From Anaerolineales bacterium (GTDB lineage: Bacteria; Chloroflexota; Anaerolineae; Anaerolineales; DRMV01), in the NCBI GenBank assembly GCA_026985995.1, contig JALSPJ010000117.1, forward strand, positions 1 to 40,271: 40,271 nucleotides of DNA, written 5' to 3'. Below the pieces are notes generated by a model, which made no database searches, was not told the origin of the DNA, and was given only the letters and a program-made list of their open reading frames with translations. Of the stretch, positions 17,436-26,500 are shown in pieces (position 1 is the first letter of the stretch; each line of letters starts with the position of its first letter). Both the position numbers and the translations under genes were made by a program.

Positions 17436-18329
17436 TCAGCGCCCGGTGCGTTGCCGCGCGTTTTGATACGCGGCGTAAAGGATGGGCACCAGGACGATGT
17501 CGAAGACCAGGTTGGTGCCCGCAGCGGGCAGGAATTCGCCGATGATGGCCGTGGCCACCGAGTAGCCGTTGACCCAAATGTCGGCAATGGACGCGAAGCC
17601 CATGCCCACGATGACGCCCAACGCGCCCCACACCACTGCGGCGGCCACATCGGGCTGGGCGCGCAGGGCCCACCAGGCGACGAGCAAGATGGCCACCAGC
17701 AAAATGAGCAGCACGGGGGTCCATTGACCGGCGGTGGTGCCGGCCCAGGGGTGTTCCACCTGGGGGAAGAGCACGGTGAGCACCACGAAGAGCACCATCA
17801 GGCCGCTGACCCACAGGAGCACCTTTTTGGTCACCCGCACCCGCTCGTCCGCGTTGGGCCAGGCGTGCAGCAGGCCGGGAATCAGGCCCATGAGGCCGTT
17901 GCCCAGGTCCCACACGGGGTAAACGCCCCAACCGGTGAGCGCGTCGCCCAAAATGTTGCCCACCAGCCCGCTGAAAAAGCCCACCACGGGCCCGAAGGCC
18001 AGCCCCATGAAAATGGGAATGGCCACCGCCGGCCGCAGGGAGACGAAGCTCACCGAAGGTAGCTGGAACACATTGGTGGCCCACGAGAACACGCCGTAGA
18101 GCACCGCGCCAATGGCCATCATCACCACTTCGCGGGTGTTGACCTGCCAGATGGGCCTGGCCGCGAAGAAAAGATAGATGGCCATGACCAGCACCGCGCC
18201 GACGAAGTAGAGCACCCAACCCGCGCCCGTGGCTTTGTCGCCCTGGGTGAGCAGGTTGGCCAGCCACAGCACGATGGTGGCCGCCACCACCGCGCCCAGC
18301 ACTTGCTTGAGCATGGAACGACCCGCCAT
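17436..18329 (-). CDS. ECF transporter substrate-specific (S) component-like membrane protein, unusually long (297 aa)
   Basis: TREVVMMAIGAVLYGV..LRPAVAIPIFMGLAFGPVVGFFSGLVGNILGDAL..LGNGLMGLIPG matches the S-component core. ATG at 18329 preceded by GGAGGTG (5 nt). Sits between the A and T genes. Confidence 0.6.
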   Translation of the reverse strand: MAGRSMLKQVLGAVVAATIVLWLANLLTQGDKATGAGWVLYFVGAVLVMAIYLFFAARPIWQVNTREVVMMAIGAVLYGVFSWATNVFQLPSVSFVSLRPAVAIPIFMGLAFGPVVGFFSGLVGNILGDALTGWGVYPVWDLGNGLMGLIPGLLHAWPNADERVRVTKKVLLWVSGLMVLFVVLTVLFPQVEHPWAGTTAGQWTPVLLILLVAILLVAWWALRAQPDVAAAVVWGALGVIVGMGFASIADIWVNGYSVATAIIGEFLPAAGTNLVFDIVLVPILYAAYQNARQRTGR

Positions 18330-18345
18330 ACCAACACCTCCTGCA

Positions 18346-20001
18346 TCAAGGGGGTTCAACGGACAACGACGCTTCCAAATCGGCCAGGGAAACATCGGGA
18401 CGGCGGGCCCATTCCTCTAAGGTGAGGAACCGGCCCACCCGGGGCAGCCAACGGCGGTTGAGGCGCAGCAGGCTGGTGGGGCGCAGGTGACACTTTTCCA
18501 GCAGCGCGTCTTGGGTCAGCACTTCTTCGGGCGGGCCGTCGGCGATGATTTGGCCCTGGTGCACCAGCCACACCCGGTTGGCATAGCGCACGGCCAGGTC
18601 GAGGTCGTGGGTGATGAACACGATGGCCGCGAAGGGCATCTGGACGATGGCATCCATGAAGGCGATGTAGTGGCGGTAGTCCTGGCCCGCGGTGGGTTCG
18701 TCGAGCACCAGCACCGAGGGCTCCATGCTAAGCACCGCGCCAATGGCCGCGCGGCGCTGCTGGCCGAAGCTCAGGGCCAGGGGCGAGGTTTGGGCGTAGG
18801 CTTCCAGGTCCACGATGCGCAGGCTGCGTTCCACATTGGCCTGCACCCGCGCCTCGGGGAAGTCTAAGTTGCGCGGGCCAAAGGCGAATTCCTCCCACAC
18901 GGTGGGTGCGAAGAGCATGTGCCGGGGGTTTTGGAACACGAAGCCCACGGTGCGGGCCATTTGGGCCACCGAGGCGTCGCGGGTATCCCGGCCCTGCACC
19001 AGCACCCGGCCCTGCCAGGGTTTGGCCAGGCCAATGAGATGACGCACCAAGGTGGTTTTGCCCGCGCCGTTGGGGCCCAGCACGGCGATGACATCGCCGG
19101 GGTAGATGGCCGCGGAGATGCCGCGCAGCACGGGGCGCGCTTCGGTGTAGCCGAAGGACACGCGTTCCAGGGCCACCAGGGGTTCGGCCTCGGGCTGCCG
19201 CGCGCGGCGCGGGGGCGGTTCCCCCAGCAACCCCAAGGCGCGCAGCCGGCGCACCGCCACCCCCGCGGGAAGTTTGACCTCCTGGGGGTGGGCCACCTGC
19301 AAAAAGCCCTCTACCGGGCCGAAGTAACGCTGCGCGCCGTCTTCCAGGAAGAGCACCAGGTCGGGGTTGATGCGCAGCACTTCCTCCACGCGATGTTCGA
19401 TGAGCAGCACGGTTTTGCCGGCCGCGACCAGGCGGCGGACGAGAGCCAGGGCTTCGTCGACGCCGGCGGGGTCGAGATTGGCCAGGGGTTCGTCGAGCAG
19501 GAGCACTTCGGGTTCCATGACCAAAGTGCCGGCCACGGCCACTTTTTGCTTTTCGCCGCCGCTGAGGGCGTAGGTTTCCCGGTCGCGCAGGTGGGCGATG
19601 TCCAGGGCCTGGAGCACCGCGTCGACGCGACGACGCATCTCAGCGCGGGGCACGGCCAGGTTTTCCAGGCCAAAGGCCACATCGTTGCGCACATACGCGC
19701 CAATGATTTGGCGCTCGGGGTCCTGCAGCACAGTGCCCACCCACTGGCTGCGCTGCGCCAGGGGGACGCCAGTGGGGTCGCGGCCCAAAATACGCAGGGA
19801 GCCCTGCAGGTGGCCGCGATAAGCGTGGGGGATGAGGCCGTTGAGGATGCGCAGCAGGGTGGTCTTGCCGCTGCCCGAGGCCCCGGCGACCAGCACCAGC
19901 GCGCCGCGGGGCACGCGGAAGGAGGCCTCGCGCAGGGCGGGGCGGGAGCTTTGGCGATAGCGAAAGGCAAGGCGCTGGACTTCCAGCGCGGCGTCGGCCA
20001 T
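18346..20001 (-). CDS. ECF transporter duplicated ATPase (EcfA1-EcfA2 fusion, YkoD/CbrU-like)
   Basis: Two full NBDs: GASGSGKTT / LSGGEKQKV / LLLDEPLANLD and GPNGAGKTT / LSFGQQRR / LVLDEPTAGQD. ATG at 20001 with GGAGG 7 nt upstream. Confidence 0.9.
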   Translation of the reverse strand: MADAALEVQRLAFRYRQSSRPALREASFRVPRGALVLVAGASGSGKTTLLRILNGLIPHAYRGHLQGSLRILGRDPTGVPLAQRSQWVGTVLQDPERQIIGAYVRNDVAFGLENLAVPRAEMRRRVDAVLQALDIAHLRDRETYALSGGEKQKVAVAGTLVMEPEVLLLDEPLANLDPAGVDEALALVRRLVAAGKTVLLIEHRVEEVLRINPDLVLFLEDGAQRYFGPVEGFLQVAHPQEVKLPAGVAVRRLRALGLLGEPPPRRARQPEAEPLVALERVSFGYTEARPVLRGISAAIYPGDVIAVLGPNGAGKTTLVRHLIGLAKPWQGRVLVQGRDTRDASVAQMARTVGFVFQNPRHMLFAPTVWEEFAFGPRNLDFPEARVQANVERSLRIVDLEAYAQTSPLALSFGQQRRAAIGAVLSMEPSVLVLDEPTAGQDYRHYIAFMDAIVQMPFAAIVFITHDLDLAVRYANRVWLVHQGQIIADGPPEEVLTQDALLEKCHLRPTSLLRLNRRWLPRVGRFLTLEEWARRPDVSLADLEASLSVEPP

Positions 20002-20131
20002 GAGGCGCCTCCAGAGGGCGAACCCGTCGTTAGACACAACCCAGGGGGCGAGGGGAAGTTGCGGGCATGGGCAGAAGCGGGAAGCACGGCGCCAGCGCGT
20101 CAAGAACTAAACCGACGAATACGCGGATTTA

Positions 20132-20140
20132 TGGTATAAT
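20132..20140 (+). promoter_or_regulatory. Extended -10 promoter (TGGTATAAT) for the NTPase cassette
   Basis: Same 9-mer as the dinG promoter. It overlaps the minus-strand -10. A second weaker TGGTATAGC lies at 20209-20217. Confidence 0.4.
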
Positions 20141-20164
20141 AGAGATACATCCCAAAGATTTCAA
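20136..20164 (-). promoter_or_regulatory. Sigma70-like promoter for the ECF operon (TTGAAA-17-TATTAT)
   Basis: Minus strand: TTGAAA (20164-20159), 17-nt spacer, TATTAT (20141-20136). It predicts a leader of about 128 nt. Confidence 0.45.
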
Positions 20165-20236
20165 GAGGCAAACTTACCTCCTGCGCGCGGAAGGGTATTT
20201 GTAAGTGTTGGTATAGCATCACAAGGCGAAGGGGAA

Positions 20237-22402
20237 ATGGCGTCCACCAACAAAACGGCAAAAGCCCCCGAGGCCAACCTGTCACATCCCGAGCCGTCAA
20301 ACCCGCAAGTGGAGGCCGGGTGGCTCCACCAATGGTGGCATTCGTTAGGCATTGAATTGCAAACTTTCTTCTCTACGGCGCTTTTCCTGTCGTTGGTTTT
20401 GGGCATTTTTGTGGGCCTTACCAAAATATTCAGCGAGACCCATCGGGTGGCCATCTTGGAGGGAGATGGCCTTATTGTTTTTTATCCCCAGTATTTGCCT
20501 TTGCGTCAGGAACGAGAGCTTGTTATACGAACGAGTAAGCCCCAATCCGACTTGAAAGTGGAAATACCTGCTGAGCTCCGCATTCAAGCAGCCACGCCAG
20601 GACAAGGGGAGCGTTATGCGTGGCATATCGAGGGCGCGTATCAAGTGCTGACATTTAAAAGATTACACGAAAACAGCGAGCAAGTGTTTCTGCTTTACAA
20701 TTTAGGTGCCCAAAGCGCATTCGTCCAACAAGCGAAAATTGTGATAGGGGGCAAGGAGGAAGGGAAAATTTGGATCGAAGGGGCACTGATGGAGACCGCT
20801 CGCGCGGTAGGTACCATTGCCCTGAGTGCCCTGCTCGTAGGCGGCATGGGAAGCTGGGTTTGGAGCTCGCTCCGCTATCATCGTGAGCAGCGGCGGGAGA
20901 AACTCCGCCAGCAGTTTGTTGATTTTCGGGCGGCATTGAGCCAACAATTCCCAGAGCGTTTTGAACAGAAAATGCAACTTTTCCGGCCCTATTTATTGAC
21001 CTGGCTGCGTGATGAGGGGGGCGAAGCGCTGGAATATATAAACAAACTATACACATCGGCGGGACGAGAAGCAAACCTCCTCGAAATTTTAGAGCGTATT
21101 CGTCAAGAATACCCGCGCTGGATTCCCGCCACATTATCTTGGATGGCGTGGTTTATACAAAAGCAAGGGAAAGAAGGCCAAGACAATTTGGGCATCCACT
21201 CGCTGCTCTTCTTGTCCTGGCTACGACGAACCTTGCCTCAAACGCCGGGGGAGCAACACGCTCGCATTCGCCATCTGCTTCAAAAGTTGCAACCAGGAGG
21301 CGTGTCCCCCACTTGGCCCCCGGGCGCGGATGCTCCTTGTGCTTTAACCAGCCCTTTGCATACCGAAGAAAAAAGGGCCAAAAGCAATGCCGCGGCGCGT
21401 CTGCCCCCCAATTTATTCCCAGAAACCGAACTGGATGCGAGCCAAGCCCAAGCGCAATATTGGCTGTTTCGCACCGAAAATCGTCTGTTTTGGGATGAAC
21501 ACCCCCTGTTCCGGACCCTGACGCGTCATATTCGCCGCACCACCCATCCAGGGCAAACGGTCGTGCAAGTTCGGGGTCGCGCGGGCCACGGACGCACGAC
21601 GCTGACCCTGGCCGTAAGCCGTTATTTTCCATTCTCAGAATACTTTGGGGTGTACCTCGCCACCCCCGAAGGCGGGCAAGATTTGCGGGAAGTCTGGGCG
21701 CAACGCTTGTTGACTTTTGGGTGTTGTCATCTTATAGAGTGGCTCAAACTATCGCCCGAGGTAGATAAAGTTTTCTTACACTTAAGCGCCAGCGTATGGC
21801 CGCCAGCCCTGTTACAGGCTAAATTACTGCGCTGCAAAAACCGATGGCTTTCGTCAACCGAGAAGTCGAATCAAAAAAACTTGATCCAACCCATGCTCAC
21901 CTTGCTCCATACCTGGCTGCATACGGACTTACCCGCCATGACCCATGCCCAATCTTTGCAAGGCGCGCACTGGTGGGCCGCCTTTACCGAATTCCTGGAA
22001 CTCACCCATGGCCTGCGGTCCTGGCAAGGCGTCATCGTCGCCGTGGATTGGACCAAACCGAAGCCACCGCCCCTGGAACACTGGCAGGCCTGGCTGGCCC
22101 CCGCGGCCGCGTATTGGCCCGTGCTGTGGGTTTTGGTAACGCCGGAGGAAACGCCATGGCTGGCCCCTACCGAGGCGCGTTACGCCTTGCAATGGCGGGC
22201 CGAGGACCTGATGGCCATGTTGGAGCATCGTAAAGCAGTTCTCCTCGACAAAGAAGCGCCATTCTACGAGCCTTTCATCGAGCAGATTGAGGCGTGGGCC
22301 CGCCAGGCCGAAGGGAGCCCCCGGCGCTTGGCGGTCTTGTATCGTCGCTGGTACCGCCAACAAGCGCGCCAGGCATCCGACAGGGGAGAGACGCACGCAT
22401 GA
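20237..22402 (+). CDS. Two-TM membrane protein with extracytoplasmic loop and cytoplasmic degenerate P-loop (STAND-like) module
   Basis: 721 aa. Hydrophobic helices near aa 42-64 and 189-212 bracket a beta-rich loop of about 125 aa. VVQVRGRAGHGRTTL (aa 443-457; Walker A with Arg for Lys), VIVAVDW Walker-B-like strand, then VLWVLVTPEE and YALQWRAEDL, as in NOD modules. Confidence 0.75.
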   Translation: MASTNKTAKAPEANLSHPEPSNPQVEAGWLHQWWHSLGIELQTFFSTALFLSLVLGIFVGLTKIFSETHRVAILEGDGLIVFYPQYLPLRQERELVIRTSKPQSDLKVEIPAELRIQAATPGQGERYAWHIEGAYQVLTFKRLHENSEQVFLLYNLGAQSAFVQQAKIVIGGKEEGKIWIEGALMETARAVGTIALSALLVGGMGSWVWSSLRYHREQRREKLRQQFVDFRAALSQQFPERFEQKMQLFRPYLLTWLRDEGGEALEYINKLYTSAGREANLLEILERIRQEYPRWIPATLSWMAWFIQKQGKEGQDNLGIHSLLFLSWLRRTLPQTPGEQHARIRHLLQKLQPGGVSPTWPPGADAPCALTSPLHTEEKRAKSNAAARLPPNLFPETELDASQAQAQYWLFRTENRLFWDEHPLFRTLTRHIRRTTHPGQTVVQVRGRAGHGRTTLTLAVSRYFPFSEYFGVYLATPEGGQDLREVWAQRLLTFGCCHLIEWLKLSPEVDKVFLHLSASVWPPALLQAKLLRCKNRWLSSTEKSNQKNLIQPMLTLLHTWLHTDLPAMTHAQSLQGAHWWAAFTEFLELTHGLRSWQGVIVAVDWTKPKPPPLEHWQAWLAPAAAYWPVLWVLVTPEETPWLAPTEARYALQWRAEDLMAMLEHRKAVLLDKEAPFYEPFIEQIEAWARQAEGSPRRLAVLYRRWYRQQARQASDRGETHA

Positions 22403-23517
22403 GCCTGCCGGAAATATGCACCACGGAACAACCTTACCAGCCGCAACGGTTTGTACCGCGCCCTCAAACCGAGGACGCCTTTTGGGCCTGGCTCCAGGAG
22501 GCCCGGGAAGCCGGTGCGTACGCACCGATTCTGCTCCTGCAGGGCCCACCCGGTAGCGGCAAATCGTGGCTCTTGCAGAAGTGGCATGCGGACATCAATG
22601 CCGGCTACCCCCAGGAGGGGCTAAGAGCCGTGTATCTCCCCTGGGCGCGGCGGCTCACCGAAGAAGCATCGGACGCATCGCCCACCTCGACGCTCAGCCG
22701 CGGATTGTGGCGCGCGTTTATCGAGAAGGCGCCCCCGCCAAGACCGAGCGCGGTCGCTGGTCATGCCGCGGAGATTATCGCCTTTTTGTTCCAGCATTTT
22801 TTCGCCACCTACCCTCGTGCCCGCGGCCTTGTGCTTTTGGTAGATGGACTGGACCGTCTGGAACCGGCGCAAATTCGAACCGTGGAACGCGTCTGGTTGC
22901 GTCCTTTGTTGGAATCTGGCCCTCGCGGTCGCCCTATCTGGATGGTTCTGGTGCACTACGGCCGCATCGACGAACCTCGCCTGCGTAGTCAAGGGCAGCA
23001 GACGATTTTCCTGGAGCCTTGGCCCCCTTCAGAGGACCGGCCACGCCCACTTCGCAAGATATATGGGCAGACCTTCCACCAATTGGCAGGAACAGCGCCG
23101 GCTTTCGACTTTCGCTATCCTTTGCTCAACGCCTATTGGGATGCCCAACGTGCTGCGCTGGTTCCAGGCCCCAGCGCCCGCCACGCCTGGCGTTTGGCCC
23201 TGGCCTGTTTGTTTACCCGCCGGGCCGCGACACGCCCCTGGGCCGCAGCCCTGCAAGCACAAGATGCGGGCAAAGACTGGTTCGACAGCCCCGCGGGGCA
23301 AGCCTTCACCCGGGTCTTTCGAGCGCATGCCGCGCATCAGGATGCTTTCTGGCATAAAATCCGCGTGCAGGATGTGCCCGAGAGGGACCGGCGCCTTTTG
23401 CGCCCACTGCACGACGGTTCGTTTTGGCAAGTCGAATGGCATTTCTACCGGCTCGATGCTTCCCTGGCGCGCTTCTTTCACGACGCGGTGCACATGTTGA
23501 GCCAGGGGTCGAGGTAA
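22399..23517 (+). CDS. Minimal NACHT-like/STAND P-loop NTPase (NOD only, no sensor or effector domain)
   Basis: ATGA overlap with gene 1. FVPRPQTEDAFWAWL..ILLLQGPPGSGKSWLL (Walker A), LVLLVDGLDRLE (NACHT-style Walker B), IWMVLVHYGR, TIFLEPWPPSED. 372 aa. Confidence 0.8.
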   Translation: MSLPEICTTEQPYQPQRFVPRPQTEDAFWAWLQEAREAGAYAPILLLQGPPGSGKSWLLQKWHADINAGYPQEGLRAVYLPWARRLTEEASDASPTSTLSRGLWRAFIEKAPPPRPSAVAGHAAEIIAFLFQHFFATYPRARGLVLLVDGLDRLEPAQIRTVERVWLRPLLESGPRGRPIWMVLVHYGRIDEPRLRSQGQQTIFLEPWPPSEDRPRPLRKIYGQTFHQLAGTAPAFDFRYPLLNAYWDAQRAALVPGPSARHAWRLALACLFTRRAATRPWAAALQAQDAGKDWFDSPAGQAFTRVFRAHAAHQDAFWHKIRVQDVPERDRRLLRPLHDGSFWQVEWHFYRLDASLARFFHDAVHMLSQGSR

Positions 23518-23528
23518 GGAGGCGGAAA

Positions 23529-26500
23529 ATGAGCCAACACCCGGCGGTTTTACCGGTGCAACAGCGGCCCGACATTTTCATCGGCCGCGAAAAAGAGTTG
23601 CAAGAGATTCGTAAACTTTTGGAGGACCACCAACAAACCGACCGTACTCTGGTCATTGCCATCCGCGCCCAGGGGGGGCTGGGCAAGACCCGGTTGCTGG
23701 AAGAAGTGCTCATGCGCCTGGGCCATCCCTATGTGCACGAACGCCTGGGCCTCCAACAAGCGCCAGTAAAAGAGCCCTGGTCGTTTGAGAAGCCACGCTA
23801 CCTTCCCAGCGATATCCTGGATTTCGCCTGGCCCGAGCTCAGCGTACGCTCCAACTTTTTGGAGGCTATGCGAAAAAGTTTTTCCTGGGCCCAGGCCCGC
23901 GGGCAGTTAACTTTTTATGAACACGAACGCCGGCTGCGGGACTGGCAGCGGGCGCTGGTGGGGCAATATGATGTCAAGCAACTGCAGCAGCTCTTGAGTC
24001 AGGTCGAAGAGGGCTTCTGGAGGGACCTGAAGGCCTTCAAAAAAGAGGGAATACGCCTCGTCTGGGCCTTGGACACGGTAGAGCGTCTGGCAGTGCCGCT
24101 CGATTCGCCTATTTGGGGTATTTGGGGCTCCTCGCCAGAGGAGCGGAGAAAGCCCCTGGTTACCGAAGAAGAAGCCCTTTTCATCACCACCTTCTGGCTG
24201 CTGCATCACCTGAAGCAGGGCTCCTTCGGCCCCGCGGTGCTCATCCTTGCCGGTCGTGAGAACGAAGGGGAGCCCTTTTGGAACCAGCTGGAGCAAGCGG
24301 CGCAAAAAAGCGGGAACTTTATCCTTAAAACGATCACCCTGTCTGCTTTTACGCCAGGCGAAACAAAACGCTTCCTGCAGCGCATCTCGAACGCGCTTCC
24401 TGAGCAATCGCCGGCCAAGGAACACCTGCAGTCGCTGCTACAGGACGAGAAGTCCCTTGCCGTATTGCACCGCCTCACCGGTGGGGAGCCGGTACGTCTG
24501 GCCATGTATACCGATGTGTTGCTGACGAGCGACAGCATCCCCATACCGTTGCGGAAGCTGGCCCATCAGCAGATTCCCGACGAAGAAAAGGAGCGGTATC
24601 AGCATGTTTTGGAAGCCCGTTTCCTCGATTTGCTCTTTCGGCGCGCCCACGAGGGTGACCTGGCCAGCAAAATCCTTTTGGCTCTGACCCGTAGCCCCCG
24701 GGGGCTGAGCCCGTGTCAGGTGCATTTCCTGCTGGACGCAGCAGACGATAGAAAGCTGAAGCAATGGCGCCCTGACCCACAACGCCTGGAAGAAATCGAA
24801 GCCACATTTCATCAATTGCGGCGTTTGACCTTGCTCAAAATTCGCCAAATGTTTGGTGAAGAATTCCCCAACGGCCACGGCAATGGCTTCAACGGCCACG
24901 GTTGTCCCAAAGAGAAAACCCAATGGCGCTTGACCCTGCAAGACGAGGTATACCGCATTGTGGCGCAACATCTGGGTCAAAGGCGAGACGATGAAGAGTT
25001 CCAGATTGAAAAAGAGGTGCGGCAACGACAATATGAGAAACTGCAACGCTGGGCTGAATACAAAAGGGAGGCTTACCACCGACAGCAACATGCGCTGTTC
25101 CAAAAGGAATTGGCCGGCTGGCGCATGGAAACTCCGGAACAGGCTTTGCGCCTCCGTTGGCCTTCGTTAACCATTGCCGAGGAAAAGGAGCGTTGGTTCA
25201 TCGCCCAACAGATGCAATTTTGGGAGGCCGAGGCTTTGCATTATTATATCTTGCGAGACCCGGTTGCCGCGTGGAACTCGCATTATCTGGATTTGGGCGA
25301 AAGCCGATGGTATGCTAATCACTTAGAGGCAGAATTATTACTCCAACATGAGGTTTATTTCTTGATTGCACAATGGTCTAACTTGTTGCGTTTCGCTATA
25401 TGGCCGGAGAGATATGCTGGGAACTTTACGGAAAAGATCACACGCTTACAACGCGCGGTACGCACCGAAGCCACAGTGCGCTGGGTGAAGCGCTTCATCG
25501 GCCAACGGGAAGTGAAGCGCGCACAACAGTTGGCCCTCAACATAGAAGAGGCTATCAAGAAGTTGGTCAAACCAAATCGCGACGAGCAACAAGTAGACCG
25601 CGAAGCGCAACGAGCGTGGTTGCATCCCCTGAGCTGGGGCGAACGGCGCATCTGGCACTGGTATGCCGATATCCTGGCCGGCGATGTAGACACAGCCAAA
25701 CTCGAGCAGTTTGAAACCCTCATGGCCGACCTGGAACGCCTGTGGCAAACGCCACCGAACCAGGATGTGAGGCTTTCAGGAGATCTGGAAGGCACCCCCG
25801 GATGGGAGAATGTGCTCAAAACCGTCAAAGGGGTCCGAGGCATGCCCATGGCCCCGCGCCTGCAGCGCATTTTGGCCATCGGTTACAACTTCTTGGGCTA
25901 TGGATATGTCGTCGTGGGGAAATTCGTCCAGGGGGCCAAATTCTATCGCAAAAGTTTGTATTATATGCGCGACATCAAGTTCCCGGCCCAGAAAGCCGCG
26001 ACCCTCAACAACCTGGGGCGGGCGTTGACCGACAGCGGCCGACCCCACGAGGGGCTCATGTTGGTCTATCAGGCCCTGGCCTTACGGGAAGACTTGGCGG
26101 CCGCGGTGCCCTATGCCTATTCGTTGAACACGGCCGCGCTGATCAACAACAAATTGGGCCGACCGTTACGGGCCTTAGGCCAGGCTGCTCGCGCCGCGGC
26201 CATGTTCCGTCAGGCTCAAGAACCGCGCGGGCTGGGCTTGGCCCTCGTCCAGGTCGCCCTCGCGGCCCGACGCCTGGCCAAAAGCCCGGACCCTGGCTTG
26301 TTGCTCATGCTGCGCGGCGAGCCCCAGGCCCTCCTGCGCATGGCCGAAGAGGCGGCGCGCGAAGCCAGCGACATTTTCGACCCCCGCCATTGCGACGATA
26401 CCTCCCAGGGACAAGCGGCCTTCACCACGGTGATGGGGGTTTGCGAGCCCCTGCGTTGGATTGAAGCCCTGCGTGTCTTGGGAGAGATATATCAGGACCA

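Noticed and set aside
15050-18062. ORFs 15050-16672 (minus) and 16125-18062 (plus)
   Set aside because: They are shadow frames of the HAD-like and ECF genes, with the same low-complexity R/G/P/H composition. The opposite-strand genes have clear family motifs and SDs.
20002-20129. ZTP (pfl) riboswitch assignment for the ECF leader
   Set aside because: There is a superficial resemblance (GAC..CTGGCG upstream and CGCC..CTGGG downstream). However, the spacing and the highly conserved CCGCCUGGGC core do not match, so I kept it only as an unassigned candidate.
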